A stretch of 64,000 nt of DNA from an uncultured Gemmatimonadales bacterium (lineage in GTDB: Bacteria > Gemmatimonadota > Gemmatimonadetes > Gemmatimonadales > GWC2-71-9): contig CAVZZO010000003.1 in NCBI GenBank assembly GCA_963779755.1, positions 1,472,001 through 1,536,000 of the forward strand. Direction: 5' to 3'. Within the stretch, counting starts at the first letter, position 1, and the number at the start of each line of letters is the position of its first letter. Position numbers and translations under genes: made by a program. The notes beneath the pieces were generated by a model, which ran no database searches, had not been told where the DNA came from, and was given only the letters and a program-made list of their open reading frames with translations. Positions 41,330 through 51,858 of this stretch are shown one piece after another.

Positions 41330-41653
41330 TCATCCCCCTCGCGTTCTCTGGATCTTCTCAAGTTCCTCCACAACTCCTTCGGCAAGGGTAGCTATGCAGT
41401 ACCAGCACAGGCAACCAATGGTAACACCCATCGTCACTTCTGTCGCCTTAATAGGCAAGTCAAAGATCAAGCTAAATAAAACCAGGATCAGCGACAGCCA
41501 AAGGCCAACACCCGAATAGACTCTCTGGCTTCTCCAGCGCCTAATCTTCTTCGAAGCATACCTTCCTTCCCGCCAATACCAGCGGAACAGCCTTGCGAAG
41601 AACCACCCACCGGCTGCGATAATCACCAGATTGACAGAGAGCTCTATCGACAC
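41330..41653 (-). CDS. membrane immunity-like protein
   Basis: 3 TM segments, abuts toxin stop. Confidence 0.65.
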   Translation of the reverse strand: MSIELSVNLVIIAAGGWFFARLFRWYWREGRYASKKIRRWRSQRVYSGVGLWLSLILVLFSLIFDLPIKATEVTMGVTIGCLCWYCIATLAEGVVEELEKIQRTRGG

Positions 41654-42684
41654 CTACTTGCCTCCACTCTTGCACTCCTGGTACTCCTGCCATAGGCGCG
41701 CCGTCCTGACGCCTGGAACAAACGCCTCGACCGCCTTCCTTGCTGGGGTCAATTGTTTTTGCAGGATCCAGCTCGTCAGCCCAGCTTGAGCCGTGCGTTC
41801 AGTCACGCTGGCCCCGATTGTGAGAGCTGCTCCTTGAAGCGCCATCCGCCTTCCGCTTAGCCCTACAACAATTTCGGGCGCAGTCCGAATAACCGCCTTC
41901 TCGGCAAGTACTGCACCGCCCTCGAGTACAACGCCAGCCCCGAATTGCACAAGCCCCCTTGCCACCAACGTCACTGGGTTCATCAATAACGCAACAGTGA
42001 GGACATCCGAGCCGAAGGATACGAAGACCTGAATGCCTTGCGCCCTGCACGATGGCTCTCCGGTAGAGGATTGAGTGGCACCATTGGCCTTGCCTGTTCG
42101 TGGTAATTCGGTTCCGGGTATACCTTCCTGAGACGCCGGCAAACCTATTGTCCCGTAGCACATCTTATCTGTCTTGTGCCAAGGGGTAAGCTGAACATCA
42201 CCTTGGAACATCGCCTCCCACCACTGGGTGCAAACGACATCGGTACCCGTCGGATCGAGCCTGTTGACCGGGTCGTTGGCCGCATACTCGTACAGATTCA
42301 AGCCTCCTTCAATGCCTACGGGATCTTCGCTGAGGAACCTCCCCACTTCGGGATCGTAGTACCTCGCCCGCATGTAATAGAGCCCGCTCTCGGGATCGTA
42401 TTCCCGGCCCGCCATGCGGAAGCGGGTAACCACGCCGGTGTCCGGGCTGGCGATCCGGCCCCAGGCGTTGAGATCGTACTTCTTGAGCGGGGCGCCCGCG
42501 CTATCCCGCGCAATCCCGTGCACCGACCCGATCACCGGGTCGGTGACCACGATCCCGCTCCAGCTGGCGTTCTTGATACTGAAGAGCTGATCGCTTCCCG
42601 GCAAGTGGCCGTATTGGTTGGCGACGGCGAAGCTGTTGTTGAGGTCGAGCGCCACCTGGTCGCCGTCGTAGACGTACCACTGGT
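41654..42684 (-). pseudogene. orphan Rhs2-type core + hydrophobic toxin tip
   Basis: QWYVYDGDQ..YYMRARYYDPE near-identical to Rhs2; DPTG; different tip. Confidence 0.88.
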
Positions 42685-42782
42685 ATGGTAAGCGGTGAGC
42701 GGTAAGCGGTGAGCGGGCACGCAGAAACTGCGGAAGCCGGCCAGGCGCCAAGGCGCTGGCTTCGAGCGGTAAGCAGTGGGCG
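42685..42782. repeat. 7-bp tandem repeat (A/G)AGCGGT
   Basis: ggtaagcggtgagcggtaagcggtgagcgg and gagcggtaagcagtgggcgg. Confidence 0.75.
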
Positions 42783-43194
42783 GGTTCGCGCGTGAAGCTC
42801 GGGTGAGGTCCTTACAGAAAGGGATACGACCTTGAGATTTTCTCGTCGCCCCCAAGCGATGCTGTGCCCCCCTGCGCTCGGGGCAGCTCAGCGGCGATTT
42901 CAATCGCATGGATGGGGCCCTCTGGGTGGATCGCTACTGAGTCTATTTCGACCCATGGCCCAACAGGAGCGGAATGCCACCCGGGGGCCAGGCCGCCGGT
43001 GACCGAGTACCTGCGGTGGTACAGTCAGTACCACCGCAGCATTCAGCCCTAGAGGTTACCTTACGCCGGCCGCCTTTGAGGCGCGGCTCTCCGGCCGCGT
43101 CGCTTAACCCAGGTGTCCATGAAATCAGGTTAGGCCCATAGAGTGAGATAACTTCTAGCCCGAGGAGTAGAACCTCGAACAACCCTACATTGCC

Positions 43195-43628
43195 TCAATC
43201 GACAATCTCGCTCCACCGCCGCCTCGCAATGATACCTCCAATTGGGCCAAATGCGACCGAGAGTATCAGAATCGTAATTTGGCTATCAGGTGAAAAAGCA
43301 TCGCGACCGCTTGCCGCGATGGCAAAGCCTGTCCATATGGGAACTGCACATAGGAGCCCCAGTAAAGCTGCCCCCCACCACCAGCGTGCCAATGGCCGAA
43401 GCGCACCGAGTACCATCCCCGCACTTATCCCCCCCCCCAATACGCAAGGATTGTACTCCCTAGGGTGCTGTGATGAGTTTCGAAAGCCTGCGTACCGTTG
43501 AGAGCATAAATGCCCAGCGCTATTACGGAGTACAGCACGGCACCACAAATCCCTAGCCCGCCCCCCCAGAGAACGTTCTGGGTCAGCGTCTTGCCCCTAT
43601 ACTTCCGATCCTTTACTAGTGACGACAC
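43195..43628 (-). pseudogene. membrane immunity gene for Rhs2, frameshifted at a G10 tract
   Basis: ORFs 43425..43628 and 43195..43548 join at C10 (43429-43438) into a 4-TM protein. Confidence 0.7.
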
Positions 43629-46600
43629 GCGGCTACCGCCTCCATCACGGCGTCATAGGTGGCCAACCCAGGAACTAGGCTCCTAAGAAACCCCCCTACG
43701 GAGAACCCTCCCGCCAAGGATGGGGCCGCTGCGTCAAAGCCAATTGCGGTTGCCCCCAACGCCCCCCTCGATCCCAAATATGCAGAGGCTAAGCTACGGC
43801 CCCCGCGAATCAGGTTCCCGCGAGCGTACACCAAGTCCATCTTTGTACCCCATTCTGTAAGGCTCCTAGCAACGTACCCAGCTGCCCTCGCTCCTCTGAA
43901 AATCCCGGACAACCCCCCAGTGAAAAAGAACGAGCCGTCAATAACGCCAGTTCCGATTGCTATTAGAACAGCATCCCTACAAGCCATCTTGTCGCCTGGC
44001 TTGGGCGGACTGCCCGCGCCCGCCCCGCTCGTCGACACGATCGGGTTCCCATTGGGGTCCTCCCGCGGCGTGAACCCACCACACGTTGTCCACTGCCATT
44101 CGGTCCAAGAGCCTTGATCGCTGTTGCACGCTTGCGGCTCGGAGAAAGCACTCGGAAGATCATGATGTGCATAGCCCTCGATCTCCGGGAGGCAGACAAC
44201 GCCCTCGTCGCACTTGGGATCCATACCAAATGGATCCGACCCACTGATAGGATCATTGCCAGAGTACGCGTAGAGATTGAGCCCTCCCATTATCCCAATC
44301 GGATCTTCGGTCAGGAACCTCCCCAGCTCCGGGTCATAGTACCTCGCCCGCATATAATAGAGCCCGCTCTCGGGATCGTACTCCCGCCCCGCCATGCGGA
44401 ACCGGGTAACCACGCCGGTGTCCGGACTGGCGATCCGGCCCCAGGCATTGAGATCGTACTTCTTGAGCGGCGCCCCCGCACTGTCCCGCGCGATCCCGTG
44501 CACCGACCCGATTACCGGGTCGGTGAGCACGACCCCGCTCCAGCTGGCGTTCTTGATACTGAAGAGTCGGTCGCTGCCTGGCAAGTGGCCGTATTGGTTG
44601 GTGACGGCGAAGCTGTTGTTGAGGTCGAGCGCCACCTGGTCGCCGTCGTAGACGTACCACTGGTTGCCGCTCGCGGTGGTCTTGCGCACCCGGCGGCCGA
44701 AGGGGTCGTAGGCGAAACTGTCCACAAAGGCCCCCGGGCCCGTGAGCACCTGCTTCAACCGGCCCAGGGCGTCCCAGGTGTACTGTTGGCCGATATAGCA
44801 GTAGACGTAACCCGAGCACTTCGACACCATGTTCCCGTTGGCGTCATAGGTAAAGTACCAGCCGGCCGAGTAGGCCAGCCGATTGCCCGCCCCCACGTTC
44901 GCGACCAGCTCGCCCGCCACGAGGCGGTTGCCCGCTGAATCATAGACATAGGCCGGACCCGTCCAGCCCCACTCGTTGGTGCAGGTGGGGCCGCTCAGGT
45001 CACAGGCATTGGTCAACCGGCCCAGGCTGTCGTAGGTGAAGGCCCGCTTGAGCTCCCCATTGTACTGCTGGGTCTTGAGCCGGTTCAGGGAGTCATAGGT
45101 GACGGTGACGCCCAGCAGGTTGTTCAGGGCGGAATTGCTGTAGGCCTGGAGCGAATCGGCGTGATTCTTCGTGAACGTACGCGTCTCGGTCCACTGGCCG
45201 GTGCTTGGGGTTCCGGGCCCAAACGTGAGGGTGGTCGCCAGCCGTTCTTGATTATACGTGGGGCTCAGATGCCCGCCCGGAGCCGTCAAGCTTGTGAGGG
45301 TTCCATTGCTGCCGCTGTAACCCGCACTGACGGGGTAGTTGTTCCCCGGGTCCGACCGGGCCGTGATCCGGTTCTGGCTATCCCACGTGTAATTCCACTG
45401 GTAGGTGTGGCCGCTCATGGTCTGGATCGAAGTCGTGAGCCGGCCTGCGGCGTCGTACGCCAGGGAGTCGTAGGCCACGGCATTCTTCCCGACCAGCCAG
45501 CGGCCCGCCGGATCATAGCGGAAGGTATCGGCCGGAAAATCCGGGCCGGAGCGCGTGAGCAGTCGGCCGGCCACATCATAGGTCAGGGTGATCGTATCCC
45601 CGCGGCGCGTCTTCACGGTCCGCACGTTCCCGGCCACGTCGTACCAGGTGCTGTCGGCCTTGGTGGTGTCGCCCAGATCGTGCTGGGCCGTCAGCCAGCC
45701 CAGGGGGTTGTAGCGGAACTTGTAGACCTCATGTTTGGGATCGGTCACCCGGACCAGGTTGCCCAGCGAGTCGTAGCCGAAGCTGGTGGTGTACCCCCTG
45801 CCGTCCATCGAGGTCAGGGTCTGGTTCAGGACCCCGTAGGTCACCTTGCTCGTGCCCGATTGGGGAACGTGCGTGGTGTCCGCTCGCCCCAGCGCATCGT
45901 AGTGGTAGGTGATCCGGTTCCCCCGGGCATCCACCTGGGTGGCGACGTTCCCCCAGGTTCCTTCATAGAGTGTGCTGTCCCGGTGGGCAGAGTCGGCGTG
46001 GATGAAGACCGTGACCCGGCCTCGGGTATCCTCCAGGTAGCGGCCCCCGAAGGCCCCGGCGATCTGCACGCTGTCGAGTGAACCCGCCGGCCCGCCGGTG
46101 CCGCTGTGGTAGGTGTAGCTGACACCGGCCGGGCCGCCCGTGATGGTGGCGACGTCGCCCAGCGCCGTATAGGTGTAGTTCAGCGTGCGGTTGGTGGTCA
46201 GATCCTTGGCCTGGAGCAGGAGGTAGGGCGAATAGGCCGGTGGTTCGTTCCCGTTCGAGTAGCTGAACTGGCTCGCGTGGCCATTCGGTTCGGTCACATA
46301 GGTGGGCCGGGACAGGGTGTCCCGGGTGATGGTCGTGATTTTCCCGAAGACGTCCTTGATCCAGATGGGCGCTCCCAGCCGGTCCAGCCGGAAGGTGATG
46401 ACCGCGCCTTGGGGGTCGGTCGCGGTCGCCAGCGCGGAGTCGGGCACCTGGGCCGTCTTGGCGGTGGCTTCGCTCGTTCCGGTGGTGCCTGGCTGCCATA
46501 CCACGCGGTCCGCCGCCTTCAGGACCACCGTTGGCCGCCCATTGCCGCCGGTGTAGAGCGGAACACTCGGCGCCTTGAGACTGTCCACCCGCCCGAGAGC

Positions 46601-48028
46601 GTCGTAGGTGATATTGGTCGCGTGTCCTGCCCGGTCGGTGACCTGGGTGAGCTGGTTCGTGGACGTGTTATAGGCCAGGACCGTCGAGATATTGTCGGGG
46701 TCTTTCACATTCACCAGCCGGCCGCTGGTGATGGTATAGGTCGTCACCCGGTTGCCGGGATCCTTGACCGTGGCCAGCTTGCCCGAGGCGTAGGTCAGCG
46801 TATCCCGCTTCCCCATGGGGTCAGTGATCTTGACCAGCAGCGTATCGTTGGGCGCGGTCCCCCAGGTGAGCGTGGTGGTATTGCCGAAGCGATCCACTGC
46901 CTTGGACATCCGGCCGTTCGAGAGAAACTCCACATAGGAGCCGTCCAACGCCACACGCCGCAAATGCCCTCCGACAGTCGCCAATGTGGTGGTCACGCCC
47001 GCCGGCGGCGCGCCGTTCTTGTACACCAGCACGGAGCCGTCCCCTTCCACCACTACGACACCATCCGATTGGGAGAAGACCTGTTGTAACCCGGCCATGC
47101 CCACGCCCGCGCCGAACGCACTCTTGCCGCGGTCGTTGACCAGGACATAGCTCGGCACGGTATTGCTGATCGTGCTGTCCGTTCCGTAGTGCGCCGTGGC
47201 CACCACCAGGACATCGTACCCCCCGGTCGTGAGGCCATTGGTGCTGTCATCCAGGACCGCCTCCACGCGCACCGGCGTGGTGCCCTGAGCCATGTAATAG
47301 ACCGCCTGCTGGCCATTCAGCAGGGTCAGGAAGGCACCGGTAGACACCCGCTTGACCTGCAGGCTGTAGCTCGTGGGTGTGTGCCCCGCGGTCGCATTCA
47401 GGTCCATGGCGATCACGGCCTTCGGGTGGACCGTGGCGCTGTTGTAGACCAGGGATACGGTGCGAGGCTGGCCGAGGGAGAAGTACGGGACGGTGCTATG
47501 GGTCCAGACCATGTCGAAACAACTGGCGAGGCACTGACCGACGCTGCGATTCCCGGGACTATACGGGGCGAGCGAGATTACCGGGGCTCCCGGCGGGGCG
47601 ACCACCGGCACGGAAACCCACCCAGTATCCGAAGCCTCGCCGTCGGCATGCAGCGTGATCCGCCCCGTGCCGGCGGCTCCGACGTGGAAGTACGCTTTGA
47701 CCTTGGTATTCTGCGCGCCCGCTGCCAGGGATAGCGAGCTGGGCTGCACGCTATCACAGGTCGCCGGGGCGGTGCTGGCGCAGGAAAGCCCGTACGTGTC
47801 GTCGTTGATCCCGTTATTCCACACCGTGAAGAACTGAATGAACTCGGTAGGAGCGTACGGGTTCTTGGTGGAGGTCGTCCCCCAATCCGGGGTGACGACC
47901 ACACTGAAGTCGTTGCAGCCCTCCACACAAAGCGGCTGGGCTTGCCCGGATAGCGGTCGGGAGAACGTCAGGCAGGCGACGAGGACAGGAAGGAAGGGGA
48001 GCAGGGCGAGGAAGCGGCGAGCGGACAC
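43616..48028 (-). CDS. Rhs/YD-repeat toxin 2 with Sec signal peptide
   Basis: GTG 48028 with GGAG RBS; SARRFLALLPF..GQA; YD repeats; EDPIGIMGGLNLYAY..DPFGM; Gly-rich hydrophobic tip. Confidence 0.92.
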   Translation of the reverse strand: MSARRFLALLPFLPVLVACLTFSRPLSGQAQPLCVEGCNDFSVVVTPDWGTTSTKNPYAPTEFIQFFTVWNNGINDDTYGLSCASTAPATCDSVQPSSLSLAAGAQNTKVKAYFHVGAAGTGRITLHADGEASDTGWVSVPVVAPPGAPVISLAPYSPGNRSVGQCLASCFDMVWTHSTVPYFSLGQPRTVSLVYNSATVHPKAVIAMDLNATAGHTPTSYSLQVKRVSTGAFLTLLNGQQAVYYMAQGTTPVRVEAVLDDSTNGLTTGGYDVLVVATAHYGTDSTISNTVPSYVLVNDRGKSAFGAGVGMAGLQQVFSQSDGVVVVEGDGSVLVYKNGAPPAGVTTTLATVGGHLRRVALDGSYVEFLSNGRMSKAVDRFGNTTTLTWGTAPNDTLLVKITDPMGKRDTLTYASGKLATVKDPGNRVTTYTITSGRLVNVKDPDNISTVLAYNTSTNQLTQVTDRAGHATNITYDALGRVDSLKAPSVPLYTGGNGRPTVVLKAADRVVWQPGTTGTSEATAKTAQVPDSALATATDPQGAVITFRLDRLGAPIWIKDVFGKITTITRDTLSRPTYVTEPNGHASQFSYSNGNEPPAYSPYLLLQAKDLTTNRTLNYTYTALGDVATITGGPAGVSYTYHSGTGGPAGSLDSVQIAGAFGGRYLEDTRGRVTVFIHADSAHRDSTLYEGTWGNVATQVDARGNRITYHYDALGRADTTHVPQSGTSKVTYGVLNQTLTSMDGRGYTTSFGYDSLGNLVRVTDPKHEVYKFRYNPLGWLTAQHDLGDTTKADSTWYDVAGNVRTVKTRRGDTITLTYDVAGRLLTRSGPDFPADTFRYDPAGRWLVGKNAVAYDSLAYDAAGRLTTSIQTMSGHTYQWNYTWDSQNRITARSDPGNNYPVSAGYSGSNGTLTSLTAPGGHLSPTYNQERLATTLTFGPGTPSTGQWTETRTFTKNHADSLQAYSNSALNNLLGVTVTYDSLNRLKTQQYNGELKRAFTYDSLGRLTNACDLSGPTCTNEWGWTGPAYVYDSAGNRLVAGELVANVGAGNRLAYSAGWYFTYDANGNMVSKCSGYVYCYIGQQYTWDALGRLKQVLTGPGAFVDSFAYDPFGRRVRKTTASGNQWYVYDGDQVALDLNNSFAVTNQYGHLPGSDRLFSIKNASWSGVVLTDPVIGSVHGIARDSAGAPLKKYDLNAWGRIASPDTGVVTRFRMAGREYDPESGLYYMRARYYDPELGRFLTEDPIGIMGGLNLYAYSGNDPISGSDPFGMDPKCDEGVVCLPEIEGYAHHDLPSAFSEPQACNSDQGSWTEWQWTTCGGFTPREDPNGNPIVSTSGAGAGSPPKPGDKMACRDAVLIAIGTGVIDGSFFFTGGLSGIFRGARAAGYVARSLTEWGTKMDLVYARGNLIRGGRSLASAYLGSRGALGATAIGFDAAAPSLAGGFSVGGFLRSLVPGLATYDAVMEAVAACRH

Positions 48029-48061
48029 GGCGGGCTCCGGAGAGAGGTCGCTCCCTGCCAT

Positions 48062-48077
48062 GGCAGATTACATGCCC
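48062..48077 (-). promoter_or_regulatory. sigma-54 -24/-12 promoter
   Basis: GGGCATGTAATCTGCC = GG-N10-GC, about 35 nt upstream of start. Confidence 0.7.
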
Positions 48078-48145
48078 TGCGGCTCCAGGATTCACCTCGT
48101 TATCCGGGAACAACTTAGGCGGCCGGCGCACCTTCCTTCCTCCCC

Positions 48146-48204
48146 AAATGTTCAGAAATGTTCAGCTTTGTTCGGAACATTTCCGAACATTTCTGAACAT
48201 TTCG
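48146..48204. promoter_or_regulatory. 10-bp-periodic inverted repeat array, putative enhancer (UAS)
   Basis: aaatgttcag x2, tttgttcg, then gaacatttc x3. Confidence 0.65.
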
Positions 48205-49169
48205 TTCGCGTGCTTCGCCTCCCGCAGCGATAGCCCATGCGTCCGCAGGCGGGAGTAGAGGGTCGTGCGGCTGATCCCGAGTACCGCCATGATACGCTTG
48301 GCGTTCCAGCCATGGGCTGCACAGATCGCTACCAGTTGCGCGTCTACTGTCCCCACGCGACCAGGAACCCGCGGGTCCAGATCACGACACCCCATCTCGA
48401 TGGCTTCCGCGAGCCCGGCGCCCGTGATTTGTCCCCCACCCCCCAGCCACCCTGCCCGCTCCACCACATACCGCAGCTCGCGCACGTTCCCCGGCCAGGC
48501 GTAGCCCGCCAGCACGGACGCGACACCCTCGCCCAGGCTCCAGCCCTGCCGTCTCGCGAAGTGCTCCGCCAGCGGCAGCAGATCCTCCGTCCGTTCCCGG
48601 AGCGGCGGCAGCCGCACCAAGGCCCCGCAGATCCGGTGATAGAGATCCGCCCGGAACCGGCCAGCTTCGATCTCGCGGGTCAGCGGCCCCTGCGCCGCCG
48701 CCACGATCCGCAGATCCACCCGTCGCTTCCCGGTCTCGCCCAACCGCCGCACTTCCCCCTGCTCCAGCACCCGCAACAGCTTGGCCTGCGCCTCCAGCGC
48801 CAGGCTGGGCAGCTCATCCAGCAACAGGGTCCCGCCGTCGGAGGCCGCGATCAGGCCCTCGGCATCGTCCGCCCCGGTATAGGCGCCACGCCGGTGCCCG
48901 AACAGCTCCCCTTCCACCAGCTCGCGCGGCAGCGCCGCACAATTGAGGTCTACCAGGGGCCCACGCCGCCCGCTCCAGGCATGCATCGCCTGGGCGAAGA
49001 GCTCCTTCCCCGTCCCCGTCTCCCCCACGAGGAGAACCGGCAGACTGGTCGTCGCGAAGCGGAAGGCCAGATCGAGCGCGCGCAGGAAGGCAGGCGCTCG
49101 GCCGATCATTGCCGGCGCCGCGCCCGGTGCCCCCGGGCCGCTGATTTCCGGCGTGCGGCTAGCGGTCAT
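48162..49169 (-). CDS. sigma-54 enhancer-binding protein without N-terminal sensor, copy 2
   Basis: GETGTGKE, GAYTGA, LLLDE, WPGNVREL, Fis HTH LGISRTTLY. Confidence 0.92.
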   Translation of the reverse strand: MTASRTPEISGPGAPGAAPAMIGRAPAFLRALDLAFRFATTSLPVLLVGETGTGKELFAQAMHAWSGRRGPLVDLNCAALPRELVEGELFGHRRGAYTGADDAEGLIAASDGGTLLLDELPSLALEAQAKLLRVLEQGEVRRLGETGKRRVDLRIVAAAQGPLTREIEAGRFRADLYHRICGALVRLPPLRERTEDLLPLAEHFARRQGWSLGEGVASVLAGYAWPGNVRELRYVVERAGWLGGGGQITGAGLAEAIEMGCRDLDPRVPGRVGTVDAQLVAICAAHGWNAKRIMAVLGISRTTLYSRLRTHGLSLREAKHANEMFRNVRKCSEQS

Positions 49170-50434
49170 CGCCCGCTCCCATGTCTCCGAGCCGCGGTTG
49201 GGTGACCTGATCGGCGTCCTCGTCCGTCTTCAGGATCCTGGGCGTGATGAAGAGATATAGCTCGGTCTGGCTCTTGCTCCGGCTGGCACTCCCGAAGAGG
49301 CCGCCCAGGATCGGGAGGTCCGAGAGCAGGGGCACCCCCGACTGGCTCTTGTCCCGCTGCTCGTCGGTGAGGCCTCCGATCACGATGGTCTGGCCGTCCC
49401 GCACCAGCACCTGGGTGGCGGCCTCCCGGGTCGAAATGATGGGCGCATCGAACTGGGTCTCGCTGGTGGCGGCATTGATCTCCTGCTGGATGACGAGGGA
49501 GACGTAGCCGTCCTGGTTGATGGTGGGGCGCACGGTGAGCTTGGTCCCCACATCCTTGTACTGCACCACCTGGTCCCGGCTCGGGGTGTCGGTCGGCAGC
49601 GAGCGGCTCACCTGCACGAAGGGCCGCTGGCTCCCCACCAGGAATCGGGCCTCGGTGTTGTTGGAGGCGAGGAGGACCGGACGAGAGATGATGTGCACAT
49701 CGCCGTGACTCTGGGCCATCCGGAGCGTGGCATCAATGTCCGCCTTGCCCAGGCCCATGAGCCGGACCACCAAGTCGCCCAGCCCGCCACCTGCGGTATT
49801 CGCGTCGATGCTGCCGCCGTCCAGCTTTTGCTTCGGCAGGTGCAGGTCGGCCCCCAGCGAGAAGCTCCGGTCGTGCCGGGCCTCGACAATCAGGACTTCG
49901 ATCAGGACCTGGAGCGGCCGGATGTCGAGCTGGTTCACTGCCTCCTCCAGGACCTTGTAATCCTCTGCGGAGGCGCGGATCAGGAGCGAGTTGGTCAGCT
50001 CGTCGGGCACGATGGTGACGGAGCCCGAGAGGGCGGACAGGCGGACAGGCGGGAAGGCGGGAGGGCGGGAGGTGCTGCCCGTGCCGGAGTTCCCTGCGGA
50101 GGCACTACGTTCCGCTGCAGTTCGTCGGAGAGCGTTCCGCTCGAAAGTCCGGAGCTGCCGCTGAACTCGCCCGACCCGCCGAAGAGCTGATTCACGGTGG
50201 CGGCGACGTCGGCGGCGCGGGCGTGCTTGAGCCGGATGACAAAGAGGCGGATGTCCTGGGGTGCGCCCGGTGTCCCCGGCCCCGGCGTGGGCGGCGGCGG
50301 AGCGGGGGGCTTGGGTTCGATCCGGAAATAGGCGGAGTCCTCGGTGAGCTGCAGCCCGTTGGTTTCGACCAGGTCGCGCAGCAGCGGCAACACGGCCGCC
50401 CGGGTGACGGGAGCCGGCGGCTCCAGGGTCACCG
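49159..50434 (-). pseudogene. gspD: secretin copy 2, 5'-truncated and frameshifted
   Basis: paralog of 57973 gene starting at VTLEPP; extra 8-bp unit at 50031-50070. Confidence 0.85.
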
Positions 50435-50487
50435 TTCCGAACCGACCCTTGCACCAGGAAATCGCCCGTGGATCTAGCCTGTTGGCG

Positions 50488-50939
50488 TCCGCAGATGGCG
50501 CAGATTGGTCCTGTTGACGTCCGGCTTTTTACGAAGATACGCCGATAGCATCGCTCGACGCCGGATTGGAACGTGCCCTCTTCCGACTTCTTGGATCAGC
50601 AACCTGGAGTGCCGGGTCGTAATCTGACGGCCACATGGGAGGCCCATCGGCGACTCCCCCCCGGGGCATCTGCGAGATCTGCGGATGATCGGCGAGTTCA
50701 TCGAGCAACGGGGCCTGATCCAGCGGGCCGCGGCCGAGCTCAGGGGGGTGGACCCGTCCAAGGTCTCCCGTATCCTCCATGGGCGGCACGCGGACTACTC
50801 CACCGAGCGCCTGATCGGCTTTCTCCGCCCGCTGGGCCGCGATATTGACATCGTGATCCGGAGCCCGGGCGGCGCCGGGGACCGGGCCGGCTCCGCGTCG
50901 TCGCCTGATTCCACGCGCTGCACGCGCTTTCTTCTTTAG
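50488..50939 (+). pseudogene. 9-bp-periodic repeat pair followed by a HigA 3' fragment
   Basis: gtccgcagatggcgcagatt..atctgcgagatctgcggat then IGEFIEQRGL..STERLIGFLR (cf. 27274). Confidence 0.65.
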
Positions 50940-51126
50940 CCGTCGGTTTCTTCCGACGATCTTGCCTGGCAAAGCCCCGCCGCCTCTCGATCCTCCGGCC
51001 CCGGCAAGCGAGCCCCTTCAATCCAGAGGCTGGTGCGCTCACAGCAGGGGCTCTGGAAAAGCTTGGCGATTCACACCGCGAAGAAGTAAAACGCCCCCCT
51101 TGGGGAGACCGGCGGCTAGCGAGGTC

Positions 51127-51858
51127 CTACGGCTTGTCTGGCGGACGGCCGGCAGCCGGGATCGAGTCGACGACTTCGAGACTTGGTGGTGCACCAGCCT
51201 GTAGCCTACACTCATACCTGGCCATACGTCCCGGCTCCGCTACCCACTCCTGGACGATCCACTGCCCCTTGCCCATGTGGGTTACCTGAGGGGCTCCGAC
51301 CCGCGTGCCCCACGGAGGCCCACGGGAAGAGAAGCCCATCTTACGCCAATCGTCGGCATTCTCGAACACGATGGGGCGCATGGAGGACGTACTTGCGTGC
51401 CCAACCGTCGCCGCTAGCTCGGTGCACGCCCTCTTGGCGGCATCCGGGCCGTCCGGTACCCAACCTGCGGACACTGCGGTGAAGTCCTCCGGTGTCCGCA
51501 GGATCAGCAGCTGGGTGTCACGCTGGGCGAGGATCACCACGGACTCCATGTGCGCGCTGCCGACCGGCCTGTATACGCTCCGATAATAGACCAAGCCAGG
51601 AACGACCCGTGATGACTCGGCCGTAGTCTCGAGCATATCCGGGTCGAGGCTGCTCACTGCTTCATGACGCGCGGTTGCGATGGCCGTAAGAGCCACGGAA
51701 TCGGTAGCTGAAAGTCGGCTCGCCTGGCCCATTCTCCCTGGCTCACGACTGCAAGCGACTAAGAAAGCGATCGCCATTAGGCGGCTGGCGGCTCTGGCGC
51801 ACGCTCGCCGGCCAACGAGCAGAGGCCGCACGTCTCGCGTGGATGCCATAGCGATCAT
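51127..51858 (-). CDS. lipoprotein immunity candidate for Rhs1
   Basis: ATGA overlap with Rhs stop; FLVAC lipobox. Confidence 0.7.
   Translation of the reverse strand: MIAMASTRDVRPLLVGRRACARAASRLMAIAFLVACSREPGRMGQASRLSATDSVALTAIATARHEAVSSLDPDMLETTAESSRVVPGLVYYRSVYRPVGSAHMESVVILAQRDTQLLILRTPEDFTAVSAGWVPDGPDAAKRACTELAATVGHASTSSMRPIVFENADDWRKMGFSSRGPPWGTRVGAPQVTHMGKGQWIVQEWVAEPGRMARYECRLQAGAPPSLEVVDSIPAAGRPPDKP

Noticed and set aside
42800..43190. Short ORFs between Rhs2 immunity and the orphan
   Set aside because: No recognisable motif or RBS; left unannotated.
48029..48061. ATG 48061 as Rhs2 start
   Set aside because: It abuts the -12 element; GTG 48028 has the RBS and mirrors Rhs1.
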